A DNA stretch of 64,000 nucleotides, taken from the NCBI GenBank assembly GCA_043228905.1, contig JBHGNT010000008.1:18104001-18168000 (forward strand). Direction: 5' to 3'. The notes under the pieces were generated by a model. It worked only from the letters and a program-made list of their open reading frames with translations, did no database searches and was not told where the DNA came from. Of the stretch, positions 1-12,180 are shown one piece after another. Numbering within the stretch: position 1 is the stretch's first letter; each line of letters opens with the position of its first letter. Source of the stretch: Azolla caroliniana (Eukaryota > Plantae > Polypodiophyta). A program made the translations under genes and the position numbers.

Positions 1-258
1 GGAATAATTAGCAAGCAGAGTGATGTAGTGCTTCATGTCTAGTGTCGGAGACCAGCTGCTGAGCCACATCCAAGACGCCAAGACGCCGAAGGAGGCTTGG
101 GGGAACCTGAAGAAGGTTTTCACTACGAGCACTATAGCCCGGAAGTTGCAACTCTGACAGGAGTTGAGCAATGTCCAACAGAAGGACATGTCGGTGGCGG
201 ATTACATGGCCTGGATCAAAGAGATATGTGACTCGCTTGCCTCTATCAACGTTACCGT
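1..258 (+). mobile_element. Ty1/Copia element A, gag fragment (5' part lies upstream of the window); interrupted by Gypsy A
   Basis: Close match to the Copia gag at about 19075-19325 (…QLLSHIQDAKTPKEAWGNLKKVF…); gag continues at 7679. Confidence 0.9.
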
Positions 259-1152
259 TGTCGTAGTGTAATTCGCACACTACGTGAAAAATTACATTTT
301 TGGTTTCTTCGGATAGGATATGGAGTACCCAGTGAGAACCGGAAGGAAGAACCGGTGAGGACTGAAACCGGTAAGGAGATCCGGCAAGAGCCGGATAAAG
401 AAGGCCAGTGAGAGTCGATGAGAAACAGACAAAGAGGATCGGTAAGGAGGATCCGGTAAGAACCGGATAAAGAAAACCGGCGAGAACCGGATGAAGCAGA
501 ACCGGCAAGAGCTGGATGACGAAGGCCGATGAGAGTTTCTCAATAGATGAAGAGACATATTTGTAAATAGAAGAAAGTATAAAATTATATATTACATGCA
601 TAGGGCAAGATTCGAACCTTGCACCTCCATGTTAATAATGTTAAGCCTTATCATTATACTAGCGTATTATGAATTTTAAAGTTATACTAAACTTTATCCC
701 ATGTAAATATACTAGACATGTATGGTACAAAAAGTTATTCATGCATAGACACTCGAGTTAAAAGAAAAGATGAGATAGAAAGCTAATCATGCACATACAG
801 TGTGCATGAAAACTAAAGATAGGAAAAGCATGATGCTTGCATGTGATAAACTTAGACTCTTCCAACACTATATAAGGAAGAGAGAAAGATGTATAGAGGT
901 TGTTGATTATTTTACAAGGGTTGATTAATATAATATAATCGTGGGATTCACGAGTTTGCTAACTATTTTTCTCTCTTAATTTGAGTACTCACTAATACAC
1001 TATACTCGTGGAATTCATGAGTTTTTCATATCTTTCTTTCTTACAATATATTTCATATTCTTAATTGCCTTAGAATTTTCTTTCCTCCTAGTCCAAAACC
1101 CCAGCGGTTCCCACCCAACTCACGCAACGATCCGGAGCCGAAAGGCATGACA
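259..1152 (+). repeat. 5' LTR of Gypsy A
   Basis: TGTCGTAG…CATGACA, direct repeat of 6785-7678. Confidence 0.95.
595..663 (-). other. tRNA-like/SINE-head relic inside Gypsy A LTR (second copy 7121-7189)
   Basis: Minus strand has A-box-like TAGTATAATGA and B-box GGTTCGAATC at tRNA-like spacing. Confidence 0.5.
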
Positions 1153-1156
1153 CAAG

Positions 1157-1174
1157 TGGTGAACCCGACGTGAA
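1157..1174 (+). promoter_or_regulatory. Primer-binding site, tRNA-Trp
   Basis: TGGTGAACCCGACGTGAA, 4 nt after the LTR; complementary to the plant tRNA-Trp 3' end as recalled. Confidence 0.85.
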
Positions 1175-3233
1175 AACGGGTGGCAAGGAGATGGAAAATC
1201 AACCGGAGGCTAACAACATGATGATGATGTTCGAGCGGATGCTTCAAGAACAACGTGCGATGTCGGAGATAGCGGCGACAGTAGAGCGGCTCGTGCAACG
1301 GATCAGGCAATTCAACGGGAAGGACGTATCGCGCTATCTTCGGAACTACAAGGTGGAAATGATACGATGCGGGATTTTGGAAGGACTGCAAGTGACATCC
1401 TTGAACCGGGTAGCTACCAACAAGCTTCAAGCAAGTATCCACGTGCTACGACAACAAAATTCGACGTGGGAAGCATTTGAAGAGGCGCTAAAGACTACGT
1501 TCGCTATCGAGGACTCCTCCAAGGCAACGCGGAGAGGATTCGAGGATTGGGTAGAAACACCAGACAAGGGGATGAAGGTCCTCGATGTGTTTTCGGCATT
1601 CGAAAGTCGGTTCGGGAGGTTGTCTGCGAGAGATCAAGCTATCCTCGCACCGAACAATGTTATCATGTTCTTACGAGCCGTAGATGTCCCGAACCGGAAG
1701 GATCTTGGAGTGCTTCTAGAGGACACGACTACCAAGAGTGGCCTCACCGAAACATGGAAAAGCATGCGGGATATTGTCGCGTGATACACAAAGAGGGGGC
1801 AATGGCTTGCCAACGAAGAAAAGAGGGTTTCGGAACCGATTCCGAAACCGAGATCCGTATCGGAAGACCATCAACCGCGGGGTCGGGAAGCTACGACTGA
1901 GAAGGGAATCGATGCAACTACGGTGGAGCAGTTGTTGAAGGAGATGGAGAATCTAAAAATCGTGATGGTGAAGAAGTCGGATGACCGTCCCACAAGTTCC
2001 AAGTATATGGACCGTCGATGCATATGGTGCGATAACACCGAACATGATCGGAGAGATTGCGACGAGCACAAGGAAGCGCTATGACAGGATCTTATCTACT
2101 ACAAGGGAAATCGGATTCATTCGATGGACTCTCGGAAGCCGCTCCGACCGAACTTCCGAAAAGGCGGCATGAAGAAGGTCCTAGAGGAGGAAATAGCGGC
2201 GAAGAGCAATTACGCGACAACCGCGGGAATACGTGTCGAGGAGTCATCGGGAGCAAAGGTGTCTTTTTGGACGGCAGTGCTAGAAAACACCGAGAAAACC
2301 GACTCTAATGAGATCCGAAGCACCGCGGAAGGCATTTGGGAAGCTACGGGATGGGAGTGCCCCGTCGATAAGAATAGCGTATACACCCTATGTCAATTAC
2401 ATGAGGTATATGTGGACGAGAAGCGGCGACACATGGAGGATGCGGCTGGACCATCGAAGACACCGGAGAGCTGGATCTCCGACGGAAGAGGGAAAGGAAA
2501 AACGATTCTGGCATTCAAGCTCGCCTTGGACATCGAACAACAAATGGACTTGAAAAAGGTGTTCGAGGAGAGAATCCTTGACAGCCGGGTAGATTTTTTG
2601 CTTCGGGAACTACTCGGAATAGCAAAAAAAGAGTTCCATGATCTTCTTGTGGATCTTGTAAAAAGAAAAAGACAAACTACGGAGGAAAATGCGCCGATGG
2701 TGAATGAAAATACCGTTCTGATGAACGACACCGAAGTGGAGGACGAGATTCCGAATTCGCACTATACAAAGCCACATTGGGCGCGTGCAACTACGGAGAC
2801 TCCGGTCTGAATCGGCAACATCAAAGAGCCCGTGCTAGCATTGATTGATCACGGATCGAAGATCAATTTGATGTCCAAAGAGTTCTGCCGGAAGGGGAAG
2901 TGGCCTATTAACACCAATCATGAATGGAAGATCCGGGCGGCCACTAAAGCAACAGAAGATCTATTTGCGGCTTGTCCGGATGTGACAGTGAAGATCGGGG
3001 ATGTCGAGATTGACCAAAATTTCTTTGTACAAGACGAGGTCTCACACTCCGTGATCCTCGGGCAACCCTTTATCACAACATCATGGATGGAGACGAAGGT
3101 GCTCGATAGCGGTGCGGCTTTTGCACGAATTCGGAGCCAAAACGGAGGGAAATCTGTCCAATTCCTAACGGTGCCGGCAAATCATGAAAGGAACAAGAGA
3201 GAGCTCTTGTCCCAAACAAGAATGGATTTTTAG
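1170..3233 (+). pseudogene. Gypsy A gag + aspartic protease (single frame, internal stops)
   Basis: ORFs 1170, 2124 and 2832 share one frame; CxxC…H…C knuckle near 2020-2060; protease ALIDHGS. Confidence 0.85.
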
Positions 3234-3287
3234 AGCGGACTGTTGTGGAGTGGGGAAGTGATAGTCCGAGAATCCCTGATACCCCAC
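3224..3287 (+). promoter_or_regulatory. Putative -1 ribosomal frameshift signal (G GAT TTT heptamer + pseudoknot)
   Basis: Heptamer directly before the PR stop; stem 3236-3245/3259-3268; loop GTGGGG pairs with CCCCAC 3282-3287; RT lies in the -1 frame. Confidence 0.7.
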
Positions 3288-6200
3288 ACAGGAAGAAACC
3301 TCTCGGTGCAAAACAAGTACGAATCGGTCCGGATGGGGCATCCACGTACACGGCCGTAACCGGAGGAATGAAGGAAGAATAACGAAAAGTGGAGGATAAG
3401 TTACGGTCGGCATCAATAATAAAAGAAGACGAAGAAATCGTGGGAATAGTCGAATAAGTGTTCTATGGGAGCACACTACAACGGCTTGAAGAGCTCGCGG
3501 AAGATACAAGCCTGGGAAACCGGGTAATTCCGGTGGAGTCGGTCGAGATGTACGAGATCATTGTGAAAATTGGGCCGGATGCGCTCCACAAAGAAGAAGC
3601 AATGGTAAGTACGAAATACAAGACCGTGGAGAAGAAAGTGAAACCAACCGCGGGACCGTTACCCGCAGATAGCGAACAAAAGAGGAAAGAAGTCTCGGGG
3701 GATCCGACACTTCGGAAGTCCATGGATATCGGACATGGCTTCACGGATGAGACTCGGAAGAAACTTCGGATCGGTGGAGGTGGGTTCCTATTAAAGAATG
3801 AAGAAGAATGATTTCGTGGGATGCTAGAGCGACATGGGAGAGCATTTGCATTTACATCGAAAGAAATAGGATGCGCTGACCCGAAGATAGTGGAGCCGAT
3901 GGTGATCTTCATGATTGACCATGTGCCGTGGAACCTGAAGCCGATTCCAGTGCCACGGGCGTATATTCTGAAAATCATCGACTTGCTCAAGGAGAAGGTG
4001 GTGATGGGGATTCTAGAACCATCAAATGCTCCGTACTCAAATTGATGGTTTACGGTTCCGAAGAAGAATGGGTCACTCCGATTTATTCAAGATTTGCAAC
4101 CGGTGAACAAGGTCACGATCCGGAACTCCGGAGTCGATCCGATAGTAGACGAATTTGCGGAAGCATTTGCCGGTCACGCGATATACTCCATCGGAGACCT
4201 ATACTCCGGATATGACCAATTCCAACTAGCTGTGAAGAGCCGAGACATCACTACCATGCGGACACCGATAGGATTAGTCCGGATGTGTACGCTACCACAA
4301 GGCGCGACGAACTCGGTCGCACATATGATGAATGCGATGAACAAGGTGCTTTGAGACTACATTCCGGAGATAACGATGCCGTTCCTAGATGACATTCCAA
4401 TGAAAGGATGCGTGGTAGAAGAAAAAGATGAAACTATGGATGATTGGGGATGCCGAAAGTTCGTAGTCGACCATATTCGCAATTGCAAGAAAGTGCTTCC
4501 AAAGTTAGAAGATATGCACCTAACACTTTCCGGTGAGAAATCGGCATTCGGGCAAGAAGAAATATTGGTAATCGGACATCTATGTGGGCCGTACGGCCGA
4601 AGACCGTCACCAACCAAGATCGACGCAATTCAAGCTATGAAAGAAGTATGCGAGTCACAATCTGAAGTTCAAAGGTTTCTTGGAGTATGTGCATTCTACC
4701 ACATATGGATTCCGCACTATGCACATATAGCGGACCCACTCTATCAGTTGTTGTGGAAGGGTAAGAAGTTTGAATGGAAACCGGAGCATACCAAAGCCGT
4801 GAAGAAGCTCAAGAAATCACTACGGAGGGCAGAAGCACTAAAGAAGCCGAACTATGACCAACCGATCATAGTAATGGTTGACACAAGTCCAACCGGAATC
4901 GGATGGGTCATCAATCAAGCCGATCCGGAAGGTTCGCGATATCCGATCCGATTCGGAGCAAAGGTTCTCAACGAAAGGCAACGCGGATATGCACAAGTTA
5001 AAAGAGAATTATTTGATCGGAGCTGAAGTAGTGATCGAAACGGATTGTCTTCCGATACTCGGGATGATGCGGTGTTGTACGATACCAGATGTGGCTATGC
5101 TAAGATGGATTGCATATGTTAAGTCACTTAATCCGGAGGTACGACACATCTCCGGAAAAGACAACGCGGTAGCGGATATGTTATCAAGGGCGCGGTTCGG
5201 GGATAACATAACCAAATCCGATAATGAAGAAGTTTCCGAAGACTACTTTGCTTCGGAGCACATATGCCGGGTGAACGTAATCCGAGAATTCCGGGAAGAA
5301 GAATACGAGGGAGAAAGCTTGCTGATCGGGAAAGTGCTACAAGAAATCGAGGAATCATCGGACAATAAAGAGAAGAGAGCCGAGATCCGAAGTAAGAAGC
5401 GGCAAGTTCAAAAGTTCTTCTTGAAAAGTGGATTACTATGGAGGGAGCCGAAAAGACCGGATGGCATACCACTTCGAGTAGTCGGGACGAAAGAGCAACG
5501 AAACCGGATAATGTCCGAATTCCACGAATCCGATTGGGCTGGACATCGAGGAACATGGGCAACTTTTGTGAAAATCAAATAAAAATATTGGTGGAAGAAC
5601 ATGTACAAAGATATAGCGGAGTTCACGGAAAGCTGCGAGATGTGTCAAATCTACTCCGGAGTTCGACACCGAGATGAGTTACATCCGACATTCTCACCAA
5701 CAATCAACTTCAAATGGATGGTCGATATTGTAGCCATGCCAACCGGGATCGGACAAAAGAAGTACTTGGTGTTAGCTCGGGAAGATCTCACAAAACAAGT
5801 AGAAGATCGGGCGCTACGGAGGAAAACGTGTTCTACGGTATGCCAATTCCTTTTGGAAGAAGTGTTTTGCAGGTACGAGTGCGTAGGACAAGTGATTGCG
5901 GATCGGGGAGAACTCGACTCTGATAAAGCTAAGGAATTCTTCACTAAACATGGAGTTCGGTTAACACTAACAACGGCATACAATCCGGAAGCCAACGGGA
6001 AGATCAAACGAGGACATAGTCTGATTGTCAAAGCACTTGCGAAGGCATGCGATGGAAGGGTGAAGGATTGGCCGCAGATGCTTCCGTATGCATTATGGGC
6101 GGATTGGACGACGCATAGCTCCGTAACCGGTTACATGCCGGCAGAACTCATGATCGGACAAGCACTGGTAATGCCAACGGAAACCGCAATCGTGACATGG

Positions 6201-6728
6201 ACAGTGCTACCGTGGAAGGAAGAGATGAGCCGGGAAGAACTACTGGCGGTCCGGATACGACAACTAGAGGGAATACCGGAAGACATAGCGGAAGCAATAC
6301 GCTGACAACAAGAAGCGCGATTCCGGAATAAAAGCCGGTTCGACACAAAGCACCGACTACGACCGCGGAAGATTGAAGAAGGAGATTGGGTGATTGTCTA
6401 CGACAGTAGTTTGGATCATCAACATACAACGATGCGGAAGTTTGCGAAAAGGTGGCTTAGGCCATACGATGTTCGGAAAGTTTTCGACAACGGAACTTAC
6501 CGACTATGCGAGTTGGATGGAACGATGCTATGAGTGCCTATAGCTAGGAAACGGGTGAAGATTTTCAAGAAGCGGACTGAAGAAGAACCCTATGTGATCC
6601 TAGACAAGACCGACAAGAAGGAGCAATTGGACGAAGATCGTGGTGATGCGGAAAGTGAGGAAAGTGGATTACAACTCATAGTCAACTTAAGGGGAGAATT
6701 GGAGGAAGCTTCGGATGAAGGTGAATAG
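3230..6728 (+). pseudogene. Gypsy A pol (RT, RNase H, integrase), disrupted
   Basis: LPQGATNS and FLDD (RT), VDTS (RNase H, frameshifting deletion near 5011), GHRG…CEMCQ zinc finger and AYNPEANG (INT). Confidence 0.92.
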
Positions 6729-6772
6729 CAAGCATCGGGGACTTCGGCACATACCGGAGGATGTGCGGGTTT

Positions 6773-6784
6773 GGAGGGGGCGAG
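6773..6784 (+). promoter_or_regulatory. Polypurine tract of Gypsy A
   Basis: GGAGGGGGCGAG immediately before the 3' LTR. Confidence 0.8.
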
Positions 6785-7678
6785 TGTCGTAGTGTAATTC
6801 GCACACTACGTGAAAAATTACATTTTTGGTTTCTCTGGATAGGATATGGAGTACCAAGTGAGAACCGGAAGGAAGAACCGGTGAGGACCGAAACCGGTAA
6901 GGAGACTCGTCAAGAGCCGGATAAAGAAGGCCGGTGAGAGTCGGTGAGAAGCGGACGAAGAGGACCGGTAAGGAGGATCCGGTAAGAACTGGATAAAGAA
7001 AACCAGTGAGAACCAGATGAAGCAGAACCGGCAAGAGCCGGATGAAGAAGGCCGGTGAGAGTTTCTCAACAGATGAAGAGACATATTTGTAAATAGAAGA
7101 AAGTATAAAATTATATATTACATGCATAGGGCAAGATTCGAACCTTGCACCTCCATGTTAATAATGTTAAGCCTTATCATTATACTAGCGTATTATGAAT
7201 TTTAAAGTTATACTAAACTTTATCCCATGTAAATATACTAGACATGTATGGTACAAAAAGTTATTCATGCATAGACACTCGAGTTAAAAGAAAAGATGAG
7301 ATAGAAAGCTAATCATGCACATACAATGTGCATGAAAACTAAAGATAGGAAAAGCATGATGCTTGCATGTGATAAACTTAGACTCTTCCAACACTATATA
7401 AGGAAGAGAGAAAGATGTATAGAGGTTGTTGATTATTTTACAAGGGTTGATTAATATAATATAATCGTGAGATTCACGAGTTTGCTAACTATTTTTCTCT
7501 CTTAATTTGAGTACTCACTAATACACTATACTCGTGGAATTCATGAATTTTTCATATCTTTCTTTCTTACAATATATTTCATATTCTTAATTGCCTTAGA
7601 ATTTTCTTTCCTCCTAGTCCAAAACCCCAGCGGTTCCCACCCGACTCACGCAACAATCCGAAGCCGAAAGGCACGACA
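6785..7678 (+). repeat. 3' LTR of Gypsy A
   Basis: Direct repeat of 259-1152, same length. Confidence 0.95.
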
Positions 7679-10600
7679 CTGTAGAGGAAGACGAGATGGT
7701 ACAACTCTGTCTTGGGGGCCTGACGTCTAAGTTCAGAGCGTTTCGAACGACAGTGTGTACAAGGGAGAATACGCCGTCATTTTTCGACTTACAGTCGATG
7801 CTCCTTGTAGAGGAGAACCACGCCGGTGCATCAACTAGCGCACCCATTGACAACCGGATGCTGTACAGGGAGGCTGATCGGTCCTGTGGGCGTGGTGGAT
7901 GAGGCGGGTCGGCACACAATGGAGGCGGCCGACAAGAGCAAGAACAAAGGCATAGAGAACGTGCTGACAGCAGTTCCGGGACTTCCACAGACAGGGGGAG
8001 TCATGGCGACACCGGAAGACGGCAAGAGAGGTCAACAACAAAATGCTGGTACTGTGGCAAAAAGGGCCACAGAGAAAGCGAGTGCTGGAGAAAACGAGCC
8101 GATTCGGACAAATCCGGATCTGGCAAGGCAGGCAAGGATGGCCAGCAAAGCTCGCACTACGCGAACTCGATGAAGAAGACCACTTCCAAATCGAAGGAAG
8201 TCTGGTATGTTGACTCCGGTGCGTCGAACCACATGATGAGCCACAAAGAGTGGTTCTCCTTTTTGGAAAAACCGGATCAACCAGGAGTAGTTGAAACCGG
8301 AGACGACACTCCTCACCCAATCGTGCACGTCGGAGAACTCCCTTTGAGCCACGTCGGACAGAAGGGGAAGCTGATGAACGTATTACACGTTCCGACAATC
8401 TTGAAGAACCTGGTGTCGGTTGGACAGATAGTCGACCAGGGGATGCAGGTGCGGTTTACGCACCTCGGGTGCTTCATCGAGGAAGAGGGCCAAATTATTG
8501 CGCAAGGGCGTAGAGACGGGAGGATGTTTATCGAGTGTTAGTCACAGAGTGTTAGTCTTGGCGGGAGTCGATACTTCGTCTCCTTCATCGACGACTATAC
8601 GCGGCACACATGGATCTACCTCATTGAGCAGAAGAGTGAAGTCTTCAAGTGTTTCCAGCGTCTCCAAAGCATGGTGGAACGGGAATTGGAGAGGAAGATC
8701 AAATGCCTGCAGTCGAATGGCGGGAAAGAATATTTTTCCGGCCAATTCAACAGTTATTTGCAGCAAACGGGAATTCGGCAAGGGTTCAGATGCTGATACA
8801 CACCGCAACAAAACGGTGTTGCCGAGAGGAAGAACCGGTCGCTTATTGATGCAGCAAGGGCAATGCTGGAGGAAAAGAGCATGCCCAAATTCTACTAGGC
8901 GGAGGCAGTCCGAATGGCTGTTTACATCCAGAACCGGGTCGGTGACAAGGTGTCAGCTCACGAGCTGTATTTCGGGCGGAAGCCGAATTTGAGACACCTT
9001 AAGATCTTCGGTAGCATTGCATTTGTGCATGTACCGGATGAGAAGCGGAGGAAGTTGTATGCAAAATCGGAAAAATGCATCCTAGTCGGCTATGCTCAAG
9101 AGCAAAAGGGTTATAAGTGTTATAACCCCCGGACAAAGCAGGTCCGAATTAGTCGAGATGTCGAGTTTGATGAATCGGCATTGTGGTATTCCTTACCGAC
9201 TCCGACTTCCGAATCTGACCCAATGCCGGTGGATTGGGCTAGTGATCTTGAACCGGCCCAGGTAGAGAATCATGAAGCGTGGATTCAGGATGAGAGTCCG
9301 GAATTGTTCCGGTTGAGTGGGCCGAACGAGAGACTGAGTCAATCTAAACAGTCCGATGGGGAACCGACGAGTAGTGGAGGCTCTGTCGTGCACTCCCCGC
9401 GCAAGGAACCGAGGAGACGGTTCACGCGCAAAGAGAAGGGGAAGAAGAAGATGCAGGAATTCGAATCCGGCAACGATGAGTCGGATCGGTGTCCCTCCGA
9501 CTCCGGCAAGGAGAAAGGCGGATCTTCGGCAATGAAGACCGAACTGGCGAAGAAGGGCCTCAAATCGGGTAACGGTGAGTTACGCCGGTCCACCCGCCAG
9601 AAGGATCCTGTCAAGCGGTACGGGTACAATGAGTACATGGCACATCACTATGCGTACATGACTAAGGTGGCGGAAGTGCGCAAGCTAGAGAGCTACGCAG
9701 AAGCGGCCAAGGACGCAAATTGGCGTGCTTCTATGGAGGAAGAAATGCGGCACTTGATGTCAACAAGACATGGGACCTAGTTGACCCTCCTCATCACTGT
9801 AAACCGATCGGATGCAAGTGGATATACAAAGTAAAGTACAACACCGATGGTTCAGTTAACCGGTACAAGGCCCAGTTAGTGGCGAAGGGATATGCGTAGA
9901 CCCACAGAATCGACTACGACGAGACCTTCGCTCCTGTAGCGAAGATGACGACGGTTCGAGTGGTGCTGGCGGTTGTTGTGGCAAGGGGGTGACATCTTCA
10001 TCAGATGGATGTGAAGAATGCATTTCTTCAAGGTGATCTTGAAGAAGAAGTCTTCATGACTCAGCCTCCCGGTTTCAATCGGAGATGAACAAATCGGCGG
10101 TATGCCGGCTGAAGAAGTCGTTGTACGGCCTGAAGCAAGCACCTCGAACTTGGAATACGAAGGTCACGCACCGGTTGCGTAAGATGGGGTTTGTGGCCTC
10201 CAAATTTGACTCTTCATTGTTCATCCGGCAAGGCCCAGTCGGTCCGATATGTATACTATTGTATGTTGATGATCTAGTCATCACCGGACCGGGTGTTCCA
10301 GAAATCAACCACGTCCAGTCCCAGTTATCGGACGCATTTGAGATGAAGGATCTGGGGGACCTTCATTATTTTCTAGGATCGAGGTGATCCGAACCCCAGA
10401 CGGCATATTTCTCTCACAACGACATTACGTCTTGAATATGCTGTACAAGTTCGACATGACAGAATGCCGAACTGTATCCACACCCTTGGACCGGAACTAG
10501 AAGCTTCGTCCCAACTCTGGACCGGCCTGCAACAAGCAACGGTTCCGACAAATTGTCGGAAGCCTTATTTACTTGACTATCACGCGACTCGACATTAGCT

Positions 10601-12180
10601 ATCTGGTCTGTATGATAAGTCAGTTCATGCAGAAGTCGACTGTGGAACACCTTCAGTGTGCACAACGGATATTATGGTATGTCAGCGGCACCAAGGACCC
10701 GGAACTGTTTTACCAGCGAGGTATAACGGAAGAGCTCGTCGGTTACACGGATGCCGACTGGGCCGGTGATGCATCAGATCGCCGATCAACCTCTGGTTAC
10801 ATGTTTTCCCTAGGTAGCGCGGCTGTTGCGTGGAGCAGCAAAAAGCAGCCAACAGTTACTCTATCGAGCACTGAGGCTGAGTATCGGGGCGCTACCATTG
10901 CCACCTGTGAAGCCATTTGGCTTCGGCGACTGCTACAAGACTTACGGATCGAGGTACTAACCCCGATTCTGGTCTACTACGACAACATAAGCAACATGCA
11001 ACTCGCCAAGAACCCCGTATTCCATGCTCACACAAAACACATAGAAGTGCACTATCACTTCGTGTGTGAGCGTGTCCTGAGCGGTGAGGTTGACCTTCGG
11101 TATGTTCACACGGATCGGCAAGTTGCCAACATCTTCACCAAACCACTTGGCTCGGACAACTTGCAACACTTCACCGAAATGCTTGGTGTTCAGCATCTCG
11201 ACGTGCCACACTTGAGGGGGAGAACGGGCAAAGACACCTGAACGGGCAAAGGCAAAGAGACTGCCGATTGCGCTGGTGAGGGAAGAACAGAAGGCGGCGG
11301 AGTCAAGAAGGACAGAGTCGACCGAAGGAAGAAGGCCAAGACCCGGACATGGTCCGATGTGGTGAAGGGCTTGGAACCAAAAGACGAATCGGGAGCAACC
11401 GATTCAGACAAGAGCTGGAACGAATCGGAGATAGTCGATTCGGTTCAACAGACAGATTCGGAAGAACCGGATCAATTCAAGGCCAAGCAGACACGTATGC
11501 AGCGGAAGTCGATGCCATCGTAGAGGAATCGACGGATCGGCAAGCACCAGAGTCGTAGCAGCGAAGGAGCTGAGAGGGGCCTATTGAGTAGACATACCGA
11601 CCAAGAAGATCGAGGCGCGCAGAACAAGAGGGGTAGCGGCAAATAGAACCGGACCGGACCAGGAGCGCGAGCAAGGCGGAGCGACGCCAGGAGAAGTCGT
11701 TTGGAAGAACCGACTGCCACAGAGACTGACACTAGGATCCAACCTCAAGTTGAGCTTGAGGGGGAGTGTTGAGCGGCAAGCTCAACTGGAGCCAAATCGG
11801 CTGAATAAGCCTGAGCCGGCAAGCAAGACGGATCGGTAAGCTGTGAGCAACCGAGCCGGCAAGCAATAGAGCCGGTGAGCTAGGGAGTCGGTTAGCCGGA
11901 TCCAATCAGTAACTGGAAGCCTTGTATTAGTGTAGACTATTAGGCAATTATAGTCTTGTAGTAAGTGTCAGATGCTCGTGTGAGCATTGAAGTACGCGGT
12001 ACTTCTGTCAGTCCCACGAGGACTTGTATAAATAATGCTACTAAGCATAGTTGTATGTACAGAGTAATTATATCGTTTTTGAATATAGCTTTTACGTTCT
12101 GCTCTCTCTGTCTCTCCCGCGTACTCTGTGTATTCACTACTTTCTCTGTTTTCTAACGCTTCCCCAGGTAATCGTTTACA
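7679..12180 (+). mobile_element. Ty1/Copia element A, remainder (gag, PR, INT, RT, RNase H, 3' LTR), decayed
   Basis: CWYCGKKGH knuckle, WYVDSGASNHM, QNGVAER, LYVDD, YTDADWAG…SSTEAEY…TKHIEV; small internal deletions near 8165 and 8530 relative to the copy at 18900. Confidence 0.93.
11767..12180 (+). repeat. 3' LTR of Copia A
   Basis: Follows PPT GAGGGGGAG; TGTTG…TTTACA; homologous to 33736-34136 and 34378-34856. Confidence 0.85.

Larger units (their letters stand above)
259..7678 (+). mobile_element. Full-length Ty3/Gypsy LTR retrotransposon A (7420 bp, decayed)
   Basis: Two 894-bp TG…CA LTRs, PBS, PPT, gag-PR-RT-RH-INT order; 4-bp TSD CCGT(255-258)/CTGT(7679-7682) restores the host Copia gag. 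Confidence 0.95.

Noticed and set aside
8-601. 197-aa and 146-aa (6687-7127) minus-strand ORFs
   Set aside because: Antisense readings of the repetitive LTR sequence, with no protein motif.
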